DNA of 64,000 nucleotides from positions 22,754,001-22,818,000 of the forward strand of contig OZ024749.1 in NCBI GenBank assembly GCA_964016885.1, in the 5' to 3' direction. Positions 59,608-64,000 of the stretch are shown piece after piece; the stretch's first letter is position 1; the number at the start of each line of letters is the position of its first letter. Both the position numbers and the translations under genes were made by a program. The notes below the pieces were generated by a model, which did no database searches, was not told the origin of the DNA, and was given only the letters and a program-made list of their open reading frames with translations. The stretch is from Eledone cirrhosa (taxonomy: Eukaryota).

Positions 59608-60255
59608 GCATATATGGTGGCTGCCAACTCGTTTTCGAGTACGGCCACTACTTTATATCCATGTAGGAGAACCCCTGCCGATGCGCTGAACAAGTGTGAC
59701 TTTTTAGTCCAGCCAGCGACTTGAAAACTCTGGTACAAACACTACGCTTGTGACAATTATTGACACATAGTGCTGGGCCCATGGCACCATGTGACGACAA
59801 GTGCAGAGAGATCTCCAGATATAAAGCAATGCCTGTGACGTGAAGCTTTTATAGTGAGCAAAGGCACTGCACAAAGCCAGTCCCACTCTCTTAACCAAGA
59901 TGATATTTACCAAAAAGAAGAACAAGTCAACATCATTGGATACCATCAGGGTTGCAGGTGTTATATCAGAGTTTTCCTTCTCCTAGAATTCTGCCTTGAC
60001 AAAGGCTAAGTGGTCATCTCTCCCTAACATTTATACATACATGCAGGCATACATACATAGATATACATACATACATGTATTTGATTATGGGTTGGGAAAA
60101 TCAACTGTCTTATTTGGATATATATATATATATATATATGAATGGGTGACTGTTGGTCTTCAACAAACAACATTGCCCAGACGTTTGCCTCGGAAGGGAA
60201 CTTACTAGGCACAACACCCATGGTCATTCGTGACTGAAGGATTTTTTTTACTATT

Positions 60256-60392
<137 letters not shown>

Positions 60393-60974
60393 TATAAATA
60401 TATATGTGTGTGTGTATATATATGTATAATTATTTCTACTTTTGGCACAAGGCCAACAATTACCCAATTGCTAGATAGCATAGTTACGTCCTATTACGGT
60501 CCAAGTTCAAATCCCGCCGAGGTCAACTTTGCCTTTCATCCTTACGGGGTCGATAAAATAAAGTACCAGTAATGTACTGGGTATTTGCTGGTCTTGTGCC
60601 AAAAGTGGAAACAATTATTTTTTCCTGAAAATATTTTTTTTGAATTATTTATAATAATCATATTTTCTTCATTTTAGATTTAAAAAGAAATAAAGGGAAA
60701 GTTTAATATTTTCTGTTTGTTTTATAATTCTATTATTTTTTTCTCTTAAACTTTTTAATATTTTTAGGAAAGCAAGGAAAAAAAATATATAAATATATGT
60801 TTATATATATATAGTGACTCTCTCACACCCACTCACAACAACGCCACAATTATGGAATATTTAAATGTTACCACAAGGGAAATTGAATTGGAAGCGAAGG
60901 AAAGAAAAAAATCCATATGATTGAATGTATATATATATATATGTCCATACACACATATACATATTTATATACAT

Positions 60975-61042
<68 letters not shown>

Positions 61043-61072
61043 ATGTATATATATATATAAATATATATACAT

Positions 61073-61139
<67 letters not shown>

Positions 61140-61140
61140 G

Positions 61141-61183
<43 letters not shown>

Positions 61184-61477
61184 TGAGAGAGCTAATTATA
61201 AATACATATGTATATATATATATATATGTATGTATATTTAAATATACATTCATATAGTCATGTGTTTTCGTATGCAATATTTCGTATATATATGTACACA
61301 CATACGTATATATATATATATATATTTGTTGTAGATAATAAAAACCCTCTCCACACAGTGAGAAATCATAGAAAAGTGAATGTTATAATATATGAATATT
61401 TATAGTATTGTATAACGTTTATCTTTAGAAAGCTTCATTTTCATAGCAAAGAAAATATGGTGTCTTTTATATTATAT

Positions 61478-61512
<35 letters not shown>

Positions 61513-61710
61513 ATATACATATATATATACATATATATATACATGAATTTGTTTTGCAAGATTTTCTGTCTGAAAACATTGAAACAGCTATTGTCATATT
61601 GTAGGAGAGTCATGCTGCCAATAAAAATACACTCAGTTTAGTTTTAATATGTTAAGCTTTTTCATTTAAAGGTTTATGCTAAAGACTTTATTGCCACGTC
61701 AATTACACAC

Positions 61711-61846
<136 letters not shown>

Positions 61847-61849
61847 GTG

Positions 61850-61895
<46 letters not shown>

Positions 61896-62473
61896 AAAAT
61901 ATTTAACCCGGACGGCAGAACTCAAGCCGTTTTGACGGCTGTTTTTGGAGCCCCAAAATAGCCATCAAAACGGCTTGAGGTCTGCCGTCGGGGTTAAACA
62001 TTTTTCTATTACCTACTCTACTACCCTAAGTACAGAGTACTCTGGTGCGTTATGGTCCATTTGGTTCCTTTCCACACCTCCTTCGGTATATATATATATA
62101 TATAGTATTCTTTCACCCTAGCAAACCTGGTCCTTTACAATTCGAACACATATATATTTATATTTGTGTTTATCTCTCTTGTATGTTCAATTACATTACA
62201 CGGCTTAGAATAACTTCTTTTTTAGAGTTATTTGATTGTAAGACTATTTGGAGTTTCTAACTCAGTATATGATTGTCGGCTCCATCATGTTGAGGTAATT
62301 TTAATGTCGTGTTAACCATGCTGCTATTTTTAGCGGCATAGGTTTTCGAGACAAGCTAGGCTCCTAAGACATGTGCGTTATTTCGTATCGCACACAATTC
62401 AGTCTTCTAAAATGTTTAGAAGTGTAAGGATCGCTAGTATTTTTTCCCCCTAGCAAACCCGGCCCTTTACAAT

Positions 62474-62571
<98 letters not shown>

Positions 62572-63046
62572 AAGTATTTATTATTTGTACAGATTAAAGT
62601 TTATATATATATATATATAATTACAAGATTGACATAAACAGGTAGCCAAGTTTCGTTGGGTTCAACCTATCATGACAAAAATAAAAACAAAGAGAGCCGC
62701 TTAGGGCTGATTGTGCTTTACTTATAGGAATATAACATAAGAGTTTACGCATTGGCAGGTAATTAAAAAAAAACGTTTAGAAAAAGGTTGTTTTTTTATA
62801 TTATAGAGTAAGGTTGAGGGAGGTAACTCTTGAGAGACCACAGTCAATTTTTAATGAAAATAGAAGCACAATAATTTCTTCTAGTTTACTCAAAAGATCC
62901 AATTTCACTGTATTACAATATAGTCAGTAAATCAAAAGATACTTCTAGACCTGTTAGTCAGGCCTAAGCCATTTATTCAAAATATATTTCTTCATATGCA
63001 CTGAGCGTTTTTACTCTTGGATATTTCCACTTACCTTTTACTTCAG

Positions 63047-63217
<171 letters not shown>

Positions 63218-64000
63218 ATATATACATATGTGTATAAAATCAAGGAAAAGCAAATACAGAAAAAAATTTAAAATGAATTTCAAAAAATTCACTGTACTTA
63301 CTATATTTGCCTTTACCGCGGTTTCAGTTCCTAAAACAAATTAGATGATCCAAGCGGATTTCCATTATTTACATGCAGGAACACATACTTTTATTATATA
63401 TATATATATAGTAATAATAATAAATTTGAAGACTAAAATCCAAAGAAGGCTCGATAATGATAAATAAATGTCAAATATATAAGAACGATAGAGCAAATAT
63501 TTAATATGTTGTTTTAATAAATATATATATATCGAAGAAAAACATATATAAAAAGATGAAAAGAGAAATAAATATGATATATGTAATGCCAATAGCCGAA
63601 GGGAAGTAGCTAAAGAATATTTTAATTATAACAAGCCATGGTTAAGTGACATTGATAGAGTAGATGTTAGGTGGTGTGTTGTGGGCCAAGATGTACAGTC
63701 TTCAATTAAGTAACCCATTATGAGCAGCAGTGATTTAGATACCCAGACTAATCTATAGGAAATAGCTATTAGAGGGTCTATTTTAGGGGTGAAGGGGGAG
63801 AAATTCTGGTTGATCATTTAAGATGGCTCTATGGAATCATAGACACTGTTAGAGAAACAGTAGGGAAGTATGTGTGGGAAATTGATTACTGTTTCGGCTC
63901 TACTGTTAATAATAGTAGGTGGGGAGCATAGTATGTAATATGCTTCCATCAGACACAAATTACATTTCTTCTTAAAGTTATAAGAGGCTGCTCTGTCTAT

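Overview
AT-rich, extremely microsatellite-dense animal genomic DNA. The SINE families and (TA)n/(CA)n/(AAC)n load look cephalopod (Octopus-like); this is an inference. No host protein-coding exon can be supported, and nearly all ORF-track entries are microsatellite read-throughs. The real coding remnants are all retroelements: a Penelope-like (PLE, Naiad-like) GIY-YIG 3' end, two 5'-truncated Tx1/L1-clade LINEs in tandem, an R4-like and a CRE-like RLE fragment, and an RTE 3' end. Two tRNA-derived SINE families and Tc1/mariner-type MITE and TIR arrays are also present. The main hidden signal is that many short islands between (TA)n tracts carry type I hammerhead ribozyme (HHR) motifs. These belong to at least six unrelated families and include a compensatory U3-A8 core variant, a U4C variant and ~90-105-nt stem II expansions. 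Many lie in fold-back or tail-to-tail arrangements. Each retroelement clade also appears to occupy its own microsatellite: PLE in (TA)n, Tx1 in (AAT)n or (TATC)n, and R4-like in (TATG)n. All structures were read by eye; none was computed or tested.
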